Positions 41,018-50,597 of a stretch of 64,000 nucleotides of DNA are shown piece after piece. The first letter of the stretch is position 1. Each line of letters starts with the position of its first letter. The DNA is from Candidatus Falkowbacteria bacterium (GTDB lineage Bacteria > Patescibacteriota > Patescibacteriia > UBA11705 > JABHMO01). Below the pieces are notes generated by a model. That model searched no databases. It was not told where the DNA came from and saw only the letters and a program-made list of their open reading frames with translations. The position numbers and the translations under genes were made by a program. The stretch is from contig JABHAL010000004.1 in the NCBI GenBank assembly GCA_018674305.1, positions 256,446 through 320,445 on the forward strand, in the 5' to 3' direction.

Positions 41018-41074
41018 ATGAAAACGATGAATACATTTCGAGAGTTTTCTATAAGAAAACTCTCATCAACTTGA
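41018..41074 (+). CDS. 18-aa micro-ORF (MKTMNTFREFSIRKLSST) with a strong SD; possible leader or regulatory peptide
   Basis: aaggaggtcgtcATG. Confidence 0.2.
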   Translation: MKTMNTFREFSIRKLSST

Positions 41075-41123
41075 GCGAATAATTTATTTGTTAATTCACG
41101 TTGATTAATAGAGGAGGTATAGC

Positions 41124-41252
41124 ATGACTCCCCGTAAAATCGTTTGTCTCCACTGTGGTGGGACGCATGGGTCTGAGAAACAGATCCGTACCTGTAAGAA
41201 ATTGCAGGACCGCCAAAGTGGTAAAAAGAAAGGCAAGAAAAAAAAGAAGTGA
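41124..41252 (+). CDS. 42-aa basic Cys-containing (CxxC...C) protein with a poly-Lys tail
   Basis: SD agaggaggtatagcATG; terminator immediately downstream. Confidence 0.4.
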   Translation: MTPRKIVCLHCGGTHGSEKQIRTCKKLQDRQSGKKKGKKKKK

Positions 41253-41258
41253 CAAAAA

Positions 41259-41292
41259 AAGAACGCGGATTCATGATCCGCGTTCTTTTCAT
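41259..41292. terminator. Bidirectional terminator (aagaacgcggat-catg-atccgcgttctt)
   Basis: Perfect 12-bp stem with T-runs on both strands. Confidence 0.75.
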
Positions 41293-41309
41293 TTATTTTT
41301 GAGGTTTAT

Positions 41310-43271
41310 TTACTGTTGAACTATGCCGTCAGTTTCCGCATGTTGATCCAGTTCCAGCGCTGAGGTTAAAATATTTTTGGTCTTAATAATTGTGTCTTCT
41401 GAAACACTGTCTTTTGCTGACAACGTAGTATTTCCAGTGAGTTTGATAATTTTGCCAGCATCTTCAAGTTCTGGGGTTATAACTATTGCAAAGTTGGCAT
41501 GTGCCTCTTTTACGGTTTCTGGTAATCTATTTATTTCCCAAGTAATTTTATTTGTGTTGCTATTGTAATTAATTTCCCCAGTACTGACGTAACTTTCATC
41601 TGGCCATTCAGCATATTCTGGTAATGAAGCGTTCACGGTTATGTTTTCTATTTCGTGAATATCGTTAGATAGATCCCAGAAGACTTTGATTGTAGTTTTT
41701 TTGCCAACCTCGAAGGGTAGAGGGCCACTGCCAATCGGCGTACCGTCTTCAAAGTAATACAAAGCTTTAGTTCCTAAGTCAAGGTCAGAATTGATAGTTA
41801 AAATAACGTGACTGCTTGTGACTGGTTCAGTTTTAACTCCTAAGTGTTCAGACAAATCAAGGCTGGAAAACACATCAAGTGAGGCTTTGCCAAGTGAATT
41901 AATACTGTCCAGGTCGGCAAAAGTATTCAAAGGTAGAGAAAAGTCTAAACTGAATTCCTGACCTGTAGCTAAAGTAGCTAATTCTGGAATTTGAGTTTTA
42001 TCCCAGGTGATTTGCTTGCCTGTCTCAGTTTTTTCTATTTTTCCATAGTAGTCATCTTCAATTTTATTCCAATTCAAAAGATCTACAGGCTGACTATTGA
42101 TAGTAGTTGTTAAAATTAAATTATTGTAATCTTGTTCCCCAGTATTTTTACTGATAATGGTGAAGTCCAAGTCTTGGCCTAGTTCAATGTTTTTGTTTTC
42201 TGTTGTACCATTGACAATAGTGTAGGTGTTGATGGCTTGGTCAATAATTTTGATGGATAGTTCTTCTTCGTGAACTTTGAAATACTGTTCCTCATTGCCA
42301 AGTAGTAGGAGCTCAAGCAAAAATGTTTTTGTTCGATCGTTATCAGAAAGGATGTTCATGTCAGCATCAAAGAAACCTTCAACTAATATTTCCTTACTCT
42401 GAGATGATTGATTTAAGTCAGCAATAATCCATTGATTATCGTCTTCGTAGGTAGTCGGATTGGCTGATTGAAAAGTGAATTTATCTGGGTAGGTGATTTG
42501 CAGTTTGGCATTATAAAAGTCAAGTTTAGCTTCGTTTTTAATTTTTGTTTTTAAATTGATCTTTTGACCAGGAGTTATATTAGAAGGGTAATTGGTTATG
42601 AATTCAAGTTCGGGTGCTTGTGTTATTAAGCTGAAGGTTGCTTCTTTGGTGAATTCTGAATTAAAGTTGCTTGGTTGAAAGGTCAATTTAACAATGATCT
42701 TTTGTTCTTCTTCAATCTCGTCAATAATACTGCCAGATATGGTTATTTGGCCATTGTCACCAATTTCCAGTTCACCCAACTGCCAAGCGTGATTAACTGG
42801 CTCAGGCTCTAGTTTCTCAATAAGTAAACCGTGTGGATATTGAACATGCAATCTGGAGTCAAGAAGACTAACTTCTCCTAAGTTTTGATAATTAATAATG
42901 AAGTCAAACTGTTCTCCAATTTTTATTTTTTCAGGACCTTCAATTGTTAGCTCGAGGCTTTGTTTTTCAAAGGTTTTGTTGGAGGAAAAATACAAAAAGC
43001 CGGCTAAAGCTGAGCCCGCTAGTAATAGTAATACAATTAAAGAAAAGATAATAAATCTTTTTTTTCTTTTTTTGCGATCTTTATTAATTAAAGTCCTTAG
43101 ACTTAAATCCTGCTCTGAGTCACTGACTGAGTCGAGTCCTTGATGTTGGTCATCAATATCCTGTTCTTCATATAGCTCAATTAATTCTTTAATGGGATTT
43201 TCTTCTGGATATTCGATCTTTTTTCTTTTAAAAACTAAAGTTTTATTTTTGTTTTTTTTATTTTTACTCAT
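41310..43271 (-). CDS. Membrane-anchored large extracellular protein (N-terminal basic region, single TM, beta-rich repeats)
   Basis: 653 aa; TM FIIFSLIVLLLLAGSALAGFLYF; operon with upstream 891-aa protein. Confidence 0.55.
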   Translation of the reverse strand: MSKNKKNKNKTLVFKRKKIEYPEENPIKELIELYEEQDIDDQHQGLDSVSDSEQDLSLRTLINKDRKKRKKRFIIFSLIVLLLLAGSALAGFLYFSSNKTFEKQSLELTIEGPEKIKIGEQFDFIINYQNLGEVSLLDSRLHVQYPHGLLIEKLEPEPVNHAWQLGELEIGDNGQITISGSIIDEIEEEQKIIVKLTFQPSNFNSEFTKEATFSLITQAPELEFITNYPSNITPGQKINLKTKIKNEAKLDFYNAKLQITYPDKFTFQSANPTTYEDDNQWIIADLNQSSQSKEILVEGFFDADMNILSDNDRTKTFLLELLLLGNEEQYFKVHEEELSIKIIDQAINTYTIVNGTTENKNIELGQDLDFTIISKNTGEQDYNNLILTTTINSQPVDLLNWNKIEDDYYGKIEKTETGKQITWDKTQIPELATLATGQEFSLDFSLPLNTFADLDSINSLGKASLDVFSSLDLSEHLGVKTEPVTSSHVILTINSDLDLGTKALYYFEDGTPIGSGPLPFEVGKKTTIKVFWDLSNDIHEIENITVNASLPEYAEWPDESYVSTGEINYNSNTNKITWEINRLPETVKEAHANFAIVITPELEDAGKIIKLTGNTTLSAKDSVSEDTIIKTKNILTSALELDQHAETDGIVQQ

Positions 43272-43277
43272 AATGGT

Positions 43278-45953
43278 TTAATCCAAGATAAAAGCAAACA
43301 TTTCATCAGCTCTAGATTGAGATTCAATCACAAAGCTATTTTTGTCGTTTTTTAGTTCCGGTGGGTATGTCCAGCCAGAGTTTATTGCATAAGGTAAATT
43401 GAACTTCAAGTTATAAGTTGTATTTTGTTGTCCCGCTTGTTTTTGCCAGAATAAAGAATGAAAGCCAGATTGTGATTTACTGTCAAATAAAGAAAATCGA
43501 TCTTCAGTGGTAGTTAAATTGAGCGTGATTGGGAGACGATATTTGAATATGAAAGTTTTTGTTTCTCCAGGATCGACTTGTTCCCAATTGCCAAAGACAG
43601 TTTTGTTGAATTCATTGTTTATGAAGGTTCCAGTGTTTGGATCTACCCAAACCTCACCCTGTATATTTTGTAGATGTTCATCTGTTTGCCAATGTTCTTC
43701 AGGTTCTTCAAACGCTTCAGGCGGGACTTCTTCAAAATTCTGAGCTGAAATTAGTTGACTACCAAAAGGGACATAAATTCTAACATAATTTAGATTTGAG
43801 GTTTTTCCGAAAAAATTATTTAAGTCACCGTTATGTGTGCGAGTAATTTCCAAAGTATTAATAATCTCACCATTGTTGTAAACATCAGTTGTTAAGTTCA
43901 AGGTCTGATCAATGTAAGCATCAGTTTTGCCTCCACCAATGTTGGTATTGATTACAGCCAAATAATCCTTGGAAGAATCTAATAGTTCACCGGTCCAACC
44001 ATATTCAGAAAATTTATCCTGAACTTGAGTTTCCTTGAAATAGAGTTGAATCTCTTTTTGTTCCAGATTAGTTTTGATTGTTTTTGCTAATGAAATTAAT
44101 TGTTCGCCCTGGAGGTCAAATAAGCTGTTAATAAGCTCTGGTGCCAGGTACGATAAAATCTTTTTTGGCTGATTTTCTTGAACATTGTCATAATCAATTT
44201 CAATTGCTTTTTGCAATTCTAGTACTATGTTGTCATTATTAAAAGTTTTATTATATTCAGGTAAATAAATAGGCCCTGAAACTTTCATCAGTTCAGGTAA
44301 GAATGAAACATTAATAGCAACCACGCCGTCAACTGTTGGCCCACCAGAGTGTTCATAGAACCACATAATTTTTTCAGCAGAAGTAGGAAAATCAGCAAAC
44401 CAGTTGGAGTCTTGCAGTTGCCAAAGAGGATTAACCACGTGTAATTGATAAGGTGAAATTAATTTTTTATGTAATTGACCTTGTACGTCATAGGTTCCCC
44501 CGCCAGGGATTTCAATATTGGTAATTTGACCGCGATCAACATCAACTAAAGCCATACTTCCCATGAAGCCGCCAGTTGGTCGAAGTTCATTATTGTTTTG
44601 AAAGACGAATAAGTAGCGTTTTTTGTGTTTTTGCCCGAGAATAGAATTAAGTGTGCCAGTAAAGGTGTGGAATTCTTGTATGTCACTATTCAAAAGACCT
44701 AGATATTCTTGGATGGTTCCATATATTTCTTTTTTATCATCTGGTACTGCTTCGGGTCTGATTTGTTGAAGATCATAATTTAGGCGGTCAAGTTTTGGTG
44801 AAATTGAGCTTAGTTCAGTTTGTAATGTGCTGATATGATCTGTTAAATATCCACCGGTTTGGCTTTTGAAATTAGTGAAAAGATTGGTTATTGATTGGCC
44901 CAAGCCAGAAACCTGCTCACCAGCGTCAAGTAAATGTTCTGCATCTGCTAGGTTAGGGCTGTTGATTGGAATGAGGTTAAGAATTGTCTTTAACGAGGTG
45001 CTCATGCTATTTAGTTTTTCTCCAGCTTCTACAAAGTTTTGATTTGCTGTTGAAAAACTGGTTTGTGCCATTTGCGGGTTGTCGTTAGCTAATTGAGTGC
45101 TTGCCACTTTTAAGTCTTCATAAGCTGTGGTTGCATAATTTACAATTTGCTCTTGTGATTTTCTGATTTCATTATATTGACCAAAAACTTTGATTGGTAA
45201 AATAATAATTATACATATAGCAATATAGGCGGCCAGTGGACGGTACCAAAATAAAGGTAAATTGAAATTATAGTGCCAAGGTTTTATTGTGAATTGTTTT
45301 TGCCAAGATTTTGATTTATGCTTTTTGTTTTTGTGAGAAGGTGCTGTTACTTGAATTGGGTCTTCGTGCTGAGCAATAACAACTTTTTCTTTGGATTCAA
45401 GTTTTTCTGTTATAACCACAGTTTGTTTTTTTGTTTTAGTTGTAACTTTAAGGGTTTGCGTTGGTTTTTCCCTGTGCTTCTTGGTAACGCTATGAAATCT
45501 AGATAAAACAGTACGTTTTTTTGCTTCTTTTTCTCGCTTTTTCTCTATCATTGCCGATAAGTCCAAAACAAAAGGTGAGTGTACCTGCTTGGTTGTGGTA
45601 CTATTAACTGTAATTTGAGAGGGATCTTTTTTGTTGGCTGAAATTGCTTCTTTCTCTGGTAAAAGTTTAGCTAATGCCTTGACGAGATTTTGTTCAATTG
45701 TTTTCTCAGCATTTTTTAGGTTTTGATTATCAAGAATTTCGTCAATTTCATGTTGAAGTAAACCCAAAGTCAAAGTTTCTTTTTGAGAAACTTTTTTTAC
45801 TCTCTTGGCGGAAGCTTTTTTTACAGGCTTGGCTTTTGGTTTGTTTGCTTTCGCTTTTGCTTTTTTGCGTAACGGTTTTTTGGGTTTCTTGACCGTCGAA
45901 GTTTTGGTGGAGACGGTTTTCTTTTTTTGTTTTGCAGTTGCTTTACGCGCCAT
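43278..45953 (-). CDS. Large membrane-anchored surface protein (Lys-rich N-terminus, single TM, ~650-aa extracellular region)
   Basis: 891 aa; TM PLAAYIAICIIIILPIKVF; 6-bp gap to downstream gene. Confidence 0.6.
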   Translation of the reverse strand: MARKATAKQKKKTVSTKTSTVKKPKKPLRKKAKAKANKPKAKPVKKASAKRVKKVSQKETLTLGLLQHEIDEILDNQNLKNAEKTIEQNLVKALAKLLPEKEAISANKKDPSQITVNSTTTKQVHSPFVLDLSAMIEKKREKEAKKRTVLSRFHSVTKKHREKPTQTLKVTTKTKKQTVVITEKLESKEKVVIAQHEDPIQVTAPSHKNKKHKSKSWQKQFTIKPWHYNFNLPLFWYRPLAAYIAICIIIILPIKVFGQYNEIRKSQEQIVNYATTAYEDLKVASTQLANDNPQMAQTSFSTANQNFVEAGEKLNSMSTSLKTILNLIPINSPNLADAEHLLDAGEQVSGLGQSITNLFTNFKSQTGGYLTDHISTLQTELSSISPKLDRLNYDLQQIRPEAVPDDKKEIYGTIQEYLGLLNSDIQEFHTFTGTLNSILGQKHKKRYLFVFQNNNELRPTGGFMGSMALVDVDRGQITNIEIPGGGTYDVQGQLHKKLISPYQLHVVNPLWQLQDSNWFADFPTSAEKIMWFYEHSGGPTVDGVVAINVSFLPELMKVSGPIYLPEYNKTFNNDNIVLELQKAIEIDYDNVQENQPKKILSYLAPELINSLFDLQGEQLISLAKTIKTNLEQKEIQLYFKETQVQDKFSEYGWTGELLDSSKDYLAVINTNIGGGKTDAYIDQTLNLTTDVYNNGEIINTLEITRTHNGDLNNFFGKTSNLNYVRIYVPFGSQLISAQNFEEVPPEAFEEPEEHWQTDEHLQNIQGEVWVDPNTGTFINNEFNKTVFGNWEQVDPGETKTFIFKYRLPITLNLTTTEDRFSLFDSKSQSGFHSLFWQKQAGQQNTTYNLKFNLPYAINSGWTYPPELKNDKNSFVIESQSRADEMFAFILD

Positions 45954-45963
45954 ATTATAGTAT

Positions 45964-47109
45964 TTATTTTAAATTTTTATATATTTGTAAAGTTTGTTCA
46001 GCGCATTTTCTCCAGTGAAATCTTTCAACATTATATTTTGCCTTATCAATTAATTCTTGGTTTGTTTTTTTATCAGTTAAGACCAGATTAATTTGTTTGG
46101 CCATTTCCTCAATATTTTTTGGGTCAAAGAATAGGGCAGACTCTCCAAGTGTTTCCGGCATGGATGAGGTGTTGGTTGAGACAACGGGACAGCCACAGTT
46201 TTGAGCTTCTATTCCGATTAAACCAAAGCCTTCAATAAAGGATGGAACAACAAAGGCGGAAGCTCCATTGTAAATCGCCGGTAATTCATCATCTTCAATA
46301 AAGCCTGTGGCAATAATGTCGTGCTTAAAAGGGGATCTATTAATTTCGTCCTGAACCTTTGTATAATGTAAATCCTCTCGACCACCAAGTACTAATTGGA
46401 TATCCAAATTATGCTTTTTCTTTAGTAAATTAAAAGCTTGGATTAATCCTTCAATGTTCTTGTGGGAACGCCAGACACTAACGAAAAATATATACGGTTT
46501 CGTGATACCGAATTTTTCTTTAACTGTACTAATTATACCACTATTTTCAATAATTTTAAAACGTTCGTCCACACCATGATGGATAACTTCAATTTTTTCG
46601 GAATTAATATTGAAATGTCTAACTATATCACGCTTGGTGCTATTGGAAACTGCAATAATTTTACGTGATTTGTGCATTGTTGACTTAAAGACCGTGCGAT
46701 AGGCCCACTGTCTGAATCCGGATTTTGCTTTGTGGCCAGGATAGTAAAAGGGAGTTATGTCATGAATGGTGCAAATTGATTTTTTGCGATATAAAATTGG
46801 TGAATTGAAGTGGGGGTAGTGGATTAGGTCAAATTTATGCTTCATTAATTCCAAAATGAAACTTGTTTGTTCTGTCAAAGTGTAATGTTGAACTTTGGTT
46901 AGCACTTTTGTAACCCGTTCGTTCGGTGGATTGAATCTCGAAAACTCAGGTTCACGCAAGAACAAGATATATTCATTAGTTTTATCCAACATGAAAAGTT
47001 CATCAGTTAATTTCTGAATGTAAGTTCCGATTCCACTGAATTGTGAGGCGCCATACATGCGCGCGTCGATTGCTATTATCATATTCTTAGTTATTGTTCC
47101 TGAATTCAT
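45964..47109 (-). CDS. Glycosyltransferase family 4
   Basis: GT4 signature EGFGLIGIEAQNCGCPVVSTNTSSMPE. Confidence 0.85.
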   Translation of the reverse strand: MNSGTITKNMIIAIDARMYGASQFSGIGTYIQKLTDELFMLDKTNEYILFLREPEFSRFNPPNERVTKVLTKVQHYTLTEQTSFILELMKHKFDLIHYPHFNSPILYRKKSICTIHDITPFYYPGHKAKSGFRQWAYRTVFKSTMHKSRKIIAVSNSTKRDIVRHFNINSEKIEVIHHGVDERFKIIENSGIISTVKEKFGITKPYIFFVSVWRSHKNIEGLIQAFNLLKKKHNLDIQLVLGGREDLHYTKVQDEINRSPFKHDIIATGFIEDDELPAIYNGASAFVVPSFIEGFGLIGIEAQNCGCPVVSTNTSSMPETLGESALFFDPKNIEEMAKQINLVLTDKKTNQELIDKAKYNVERFHWRKCAEQTLQIYKNLK

Positions 47110-47235
47110 TCGGGGTAGCTCCTTTGGCTATTTTCATATTTTTAGTTATTGTTCCTGAATTTATTCGGGGTAGCTCCTTTGGCGATTTTCATATCCTCAG
47201 TTATTATCCCTGAATTCATTCAGGGTACCTCCTTT
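47075..47235. repeat. Three tandem ~55-bp REP-like units, each holding a small hairpin (cctgaat-tc-attcRgg) plus the SD and first ~13 codons of the GT4 gene. The third unit supplies the C-terminus of the transposase-like ORF
   Basis: Direct alignment of units at 47075-47129, 47130-47184 and 47185-47235. Confidence 0.7.
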
Positions 47236-47769
47236 ACACAAAGTTTCAAGAAACATGTTTTCATCTTCATGTTTTTTTATTTTCAAAATAGACATTATTC
47301 TTAGTTCCAGTTCTTCTTGGTCAAATTCTTTACACAGTTCCTGAAAATTACAATATTTATATTTTTTCAATTCATTAAATGAGTGGATAATACCATGGCG
47401 GAGAGGGTTTCCTAGGATATATGCTGAAATGTTAGCATAAGCAAGTTCATCAAATATTGCCCAAGCGTAATATTTTTTCCAAAGTTGTCCTTCTCTGTTA
47501 GTTTGAATGTTAATTAATCGTGCTGATGCTCCCGCTAGATCTTTAAGGAATTTTTTACGTTGTTTTTGTTCTTCACAGTCAATAATTAAATGTAAATGGT
47601 TATTTAGTATGGCGAAATATTCAATATTAACATTATTATTTTTAGCTGCTTTATTAAATTGGTTTAAAATAATTTCTTTCAAAGGGTCGTCGAATTTTAC
47701 AATAATCTGATCAGTGAGTGAATAGGTGATGAAATATTTGCGTTCGGGGTAGAATTGGTATTTGAGCAT
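47197..47769 (-). mobile_element. HuH-Y1 (IS200/IS605-TnpA or RAYT-like) transposase, 190 aa
   Basis: HuH motif NHLHLII and catalytic Tyr region AYILGNP; flanked on both sides by REP-like hairpin repeats. Confidence 0.6.
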
Positions 47770-47774
47770 ATTAA

Positions 47775-47870
47775 TTATTTGGTAGGCCCAAATGAATTTG
47801 GGGGTAATTGTTTAGGATAATCCCAAATTGTTCTGAATTGTACATGCGACGGTCTATAGCGATTTTTACA
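47775..47870 (-). pseudogene. Decayed duplicate of the GT4 N-terminus (..VKIAIDRRMYNSEQFGII..)
   Basis: Translation of the minus strand resembles MIIAIDARMYGASQFSGIGTY of the intact GT4; preceded by two more REP-like units at 47862-47950. Confidence 0.35.
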
Positions 47871-47950
47871 TTCTTAGCAATTATACCTGAATTCATTCGG
47901 GACATTATTTTCAGTTATTATCCCTGAATTTATTCGGGGTACCTCCTTCA
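47862..47950. repeat. Two further REP-like units homologous to 47075-47235
   Basis: Sequence similarity (attttcagttattatccctgaatttattcggggtacctcc). Confidence 0.55.
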
Positions 47951-48011
47951 TACAAGGTTTCTAAAAATATCTTTAAGCATTTCCAAATTACTAATTACAG
48001 ATTACTAATTA

Positions 48012-48743
48012 CTATTCTAAATTGTTCCAAACTAAATCCCATATTGATTTCATGGTCTGAGCAATTGCTTGATCTTCAATTATAACAGCTGTATAAGGTT
48101 TTTTAAAGGATATGAGCGAAACTTTACTTTGGTAAATGTTGATTTCGGTTTCAAAGTTAATATCTTTAACTAGTTTTGTTTGGCGTAGTTGTTCTTTGTC
48201 TTTCGATTTCATTAATTTCCCCTTCGGACCATTTTTTGCAATGCAGTAAAAATGAGTATTGTTTTTTTTGCGTGCTTCAGGTCCAGCTGACCAGAGAAAA
48301 TCTGCTGGCAGGGTTTCGAACATCTTTTCATAGTCAGTAAATCCGAATATTTCACCATCTTGAACCGCGTAGTCAGCATAAGCTGTTTTAAGTCCTTCAA
48401 GTCCTTGGTGGAATTTAACTTTTGGTTTATTTGCGGGAGCATTGAAGATACTTAAGAATTCAGGAAGGTTGTTTCGTGCTTGCTCAATCCTTTTTTCAGC
48501 TTTGCTTATTACGGTTTTGGGGTTTTCTGCGACAAGGAGAAGTTTGCTACCTTTTTTTATTTCACTAACTAGTCCAAGGTTCTTCAAATCTTCAAGAAAG
48601 TTGTATATACTGGTTCTCTTCACATTGGATTCTTCAGCAAGTTCTTGAACAGTGGCTGAGCCTAGCTCAAGACAGGCAAGGTACACTTTGGCCTGCTTTT
48701 TTTGTATACCTAAACTTGTAAGAGAATCGAGTAAGTATTGCAT
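48012..48743 (-). CDS. TrmB-family HTH transcriptional regulator (paralog 3)
   Basis: QKKQAKVYLACLELGSATVQELAEESNVKRTSIY. Confidence 0.65.
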   Translation of the reverse strand: MQYLLDSLTSLGIQKKQAKVYLACLELGSATVQELAEESNVKRTSIYNFLEDLKNLGLVSEIKKGSKLLLVAENPKTVISKAEKRIEQARNNLPEFLSIFNAPANKPKVKFHQGLEGLKTAYADYAVQDGEIFGFTDYEKMFETLPADFLWSAGPEARKKNNTHFYCIAKNGPKGKLMKSKDKEQLRQTKLVKDINFETEINIYQSKVSLISFKKPYTAVIIEDQAIAQTMKSIWDLVWNNLE

Positions 48744-48921
48744 ATTTGTCTAACTTGTAGACATTGTATATAAAATAGTGAACTTTGTCAATTTTCACTA
48801 AAATTAGCCTTTGATTTAGTGCTCTTAATTTTTTATTCAAAATTCTTGTCTTAATTCTTGACGATTTCTTTTTAAACTAATATAATATATTGTTCTGTTC
48901 ATTAAAACTAGGGAGATTGTA

Positions 48922-49329
48922 ATGTGGCAATCATTTATTTTGTGTACGATTTTGGTATGTGTTTATTTTGCTTCGGCAATACATTCTTCTGTTGAATCAA
49001 ATTTTAATGAGCCAAGTTGGCTACGAACTGTTGGAAACGTTTTGGGCACTATATTTGTTCTTCTGTTAGGGGTCGTTGGTATTGCAATGATGAGCTATAT
49101 TAATCTGGAAGTCTTTAATTATCGAGAAAAAGTCATTCAATTGGTTTATGCCGGCGATTTGTTTGAATATTATATTGATAATGGGGCTCAAATTGTACGG
49201 AAATTCTCGTATAGTCCAGAGGTTCTTTGGATATGGAATTCTGGCATGTCGTTGCTTCTTATGGGTGTTATTAAGGTGATATCATTGTTGGTTAAGTTTT
49301 TTGACCCACTGCCTTTGAAGGGTTATTGA
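48922..49329 (+). CDS. Hypothetical membrane protein
   Basis: SD gggagattgtaATG; several TM segments. Confidence 0.4.
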   Translation: MWQSFILCTILVCVYFASAIHSSVESNFNEPSWLRTVGNVLGTIFVLLLGVVGIAMMSYINLEVFNYREKVIQLVYAGDLFEYYIDNGAQIVRKFSYSPEVLWIWNSGMSLLLMGVIKVISLLVKFFDPLPLKGY

Positions 49330-49383
49330 TATTTAGTTTGTCGTTTTTAAGAGAAGTGGATATTCATTAACAAGGAGGAGCAA

Positions 49384-50187
49384 ATGAAAGTACTAAAAAA
49401 GGCTGAGTGGTCTTGGAATATGTCAGGTACGTGGTTGGGGTTGAAAGATGTTGGTGATTTTTGGATAAATCGAGTTGGAAGGATTTGGGAAGGATTTTTC
49501 TTCTGTGGGTTTATCTCTATTTGGGGAATAATTGCTTTTGGCGGCAGTATTGTTGGTCTCGCGAATCTTTTCCATGATGGTCACGCTGAGGTCATGTGTT
49601 CATTTTGGGAAGTTTGGGGTTACGTTTTGTTTGTGTATTTTTTTCTAATTAGTGTGGTAGTATTTTTGAAATTTATTAAAAAATATATTGTTAAAGAAGT
49701 TACTGACTCTGAGTTGCTCGGTACATTTTTTAGGAAACGATATTCAAAGTTTTTTGAAAAACATTTAGGTCAAAAGAGTCAATATTTTCAACTACTCACA
49801 AAATGCAAGGATGTTAAAAAGCAAATTGAAAAACAGTTGCGAATACTTGATGGACAACCCGATGATTCTGATCTTTTGGAAAAGGGCAGGGAGAGATTAA
49901 AAAAGTCTCTTGCTGGGTTGGATCTGGATCTACAAAAATTAAAAAAATTTCGGGAAGGCATGAAAGCGCCGTTGGATAAACTTTTGGGAATGATTGAGTC
50001 TTCTCAGTTTAAAAGCTTCCTGAAACAATTGGATGCGATAACTCATTCCAATCGTTTAGGAAATTGTGTTCAGGATGTGAGAGCTGGGTATTTGCACGAG
50101 TTGGAACTGTTTTTAGTAAAGTTTCAATCAATGGAAAAAGAAGTACGAATAATCAAATTTCCTACATTAAAAATGAAACTGAAGTAA
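49384..50187 (+). CDS. Hypothetical membrane / coiled-coil protein
   Basis: SD aaggaggagcaaATG; terminator at 50200-50238. Confidence 0.45.
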   Translation: MKVLKKAEWSWNMSGTWLGLKDVGDFWINRVGRIWEGFFFCGFISIWGIIAFGGSIVGLANLFHDGHAEVMCSFWEVWGYVLFVYFFLISVVVFLKFIKKYIVKEVTDSELLGTFFRKRYSKFFEKHLGQKSQYFQLLTKCKDVKKQIEKQLRILDGQPDDSDLLEKGRERLKKSLAGLDLDLQKLKKFREGMKAPLDKLLGMIESSQFKSFLKQLDAITHSNRLGNCVQDVRAGYLHELELFLVKFQSMEKEVRIIKFPTLKMKLK

Positions 50188-50199
50188 ACGTATGTAACA

Positions 50200-50238
50200 A
50201 AAGCCCCACTATTTGTAAATAGTGGGGTATTTTTTTAT
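50200..50238. terminator. Bidirectional terminator (ccccactatttgtaaatagtgggg)
   Basis: Perfect stem with T-run. Confidence 0.7.
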
Positions 50239-50531
50239 GCACATTGGGCACTTAAAATTTCTACTGAATGAATCACCAACGGACCGAATAATTTTTCCAA
50301 GGCAGGTAGAGTTGAGGTCTGGGTTTGCTCTAGATTATTCAAGGTTGTAGCTTCTTTCTGTTTTTCGATCAAATACCAGCCATCAATCCAAAGTTCTAGC
50401 CACTTGCCAGTTTGAACATGTTGCAAAATGTGAGGTTGTTTTTCATCTTCCATGTATTTCTCCACAGTTAAAGGTCGATATTGTAATTTAGCATGATAAT
50501 GCGAGTGTGTCAACCCTTGTGATTGGTTCAA
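50235..50531 (-). CDS. Hypothetical protein
   Basis: ORF only. Confidence 0.3.
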   Translation of the reverse strand: MNQSQGLTHSHYHAKLQYRPLTVEKYMEDEKQPHILQHVQTGKWLELWIDGWYLIEKQKEATTLNNLEQTQTSTLPALEKLFGPLVIHSVEILSAQCA

Positions 50532-50597
50532 TTGACAAAATTATACTGCTTTGCTAATATAGCTAATCAATAGTTCATTCAACCGAGGAGGTTCATT

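Noticed and set aside
40687-41292. Minus-strand ORFs 40687-40887 and 40924-41292
   Set aside because: No SD or promoter, low-complexity translation. The plus strand carries three small ORFs each with strong GGAGG-type SDs and a shared promoter and terminator.
43507-43743. Short antisense ORFs inside large genes (e.g. 43507-43743, 4332-4538, 12043-12327, 18649-18879)
   Set aside because: Embedded antisense to well-supported long CDSs with no translation signals.
47075-47235. Possible CRISPR array (regular ~55-bp direct repeats)
   Set aside because: Units are contiguous with no unique spacers. They encode the SD and N-terminal codons of the adjacent GT4 gene and flank a HuH transposase; they are REP-like or duplication repeats, not CRISPR.
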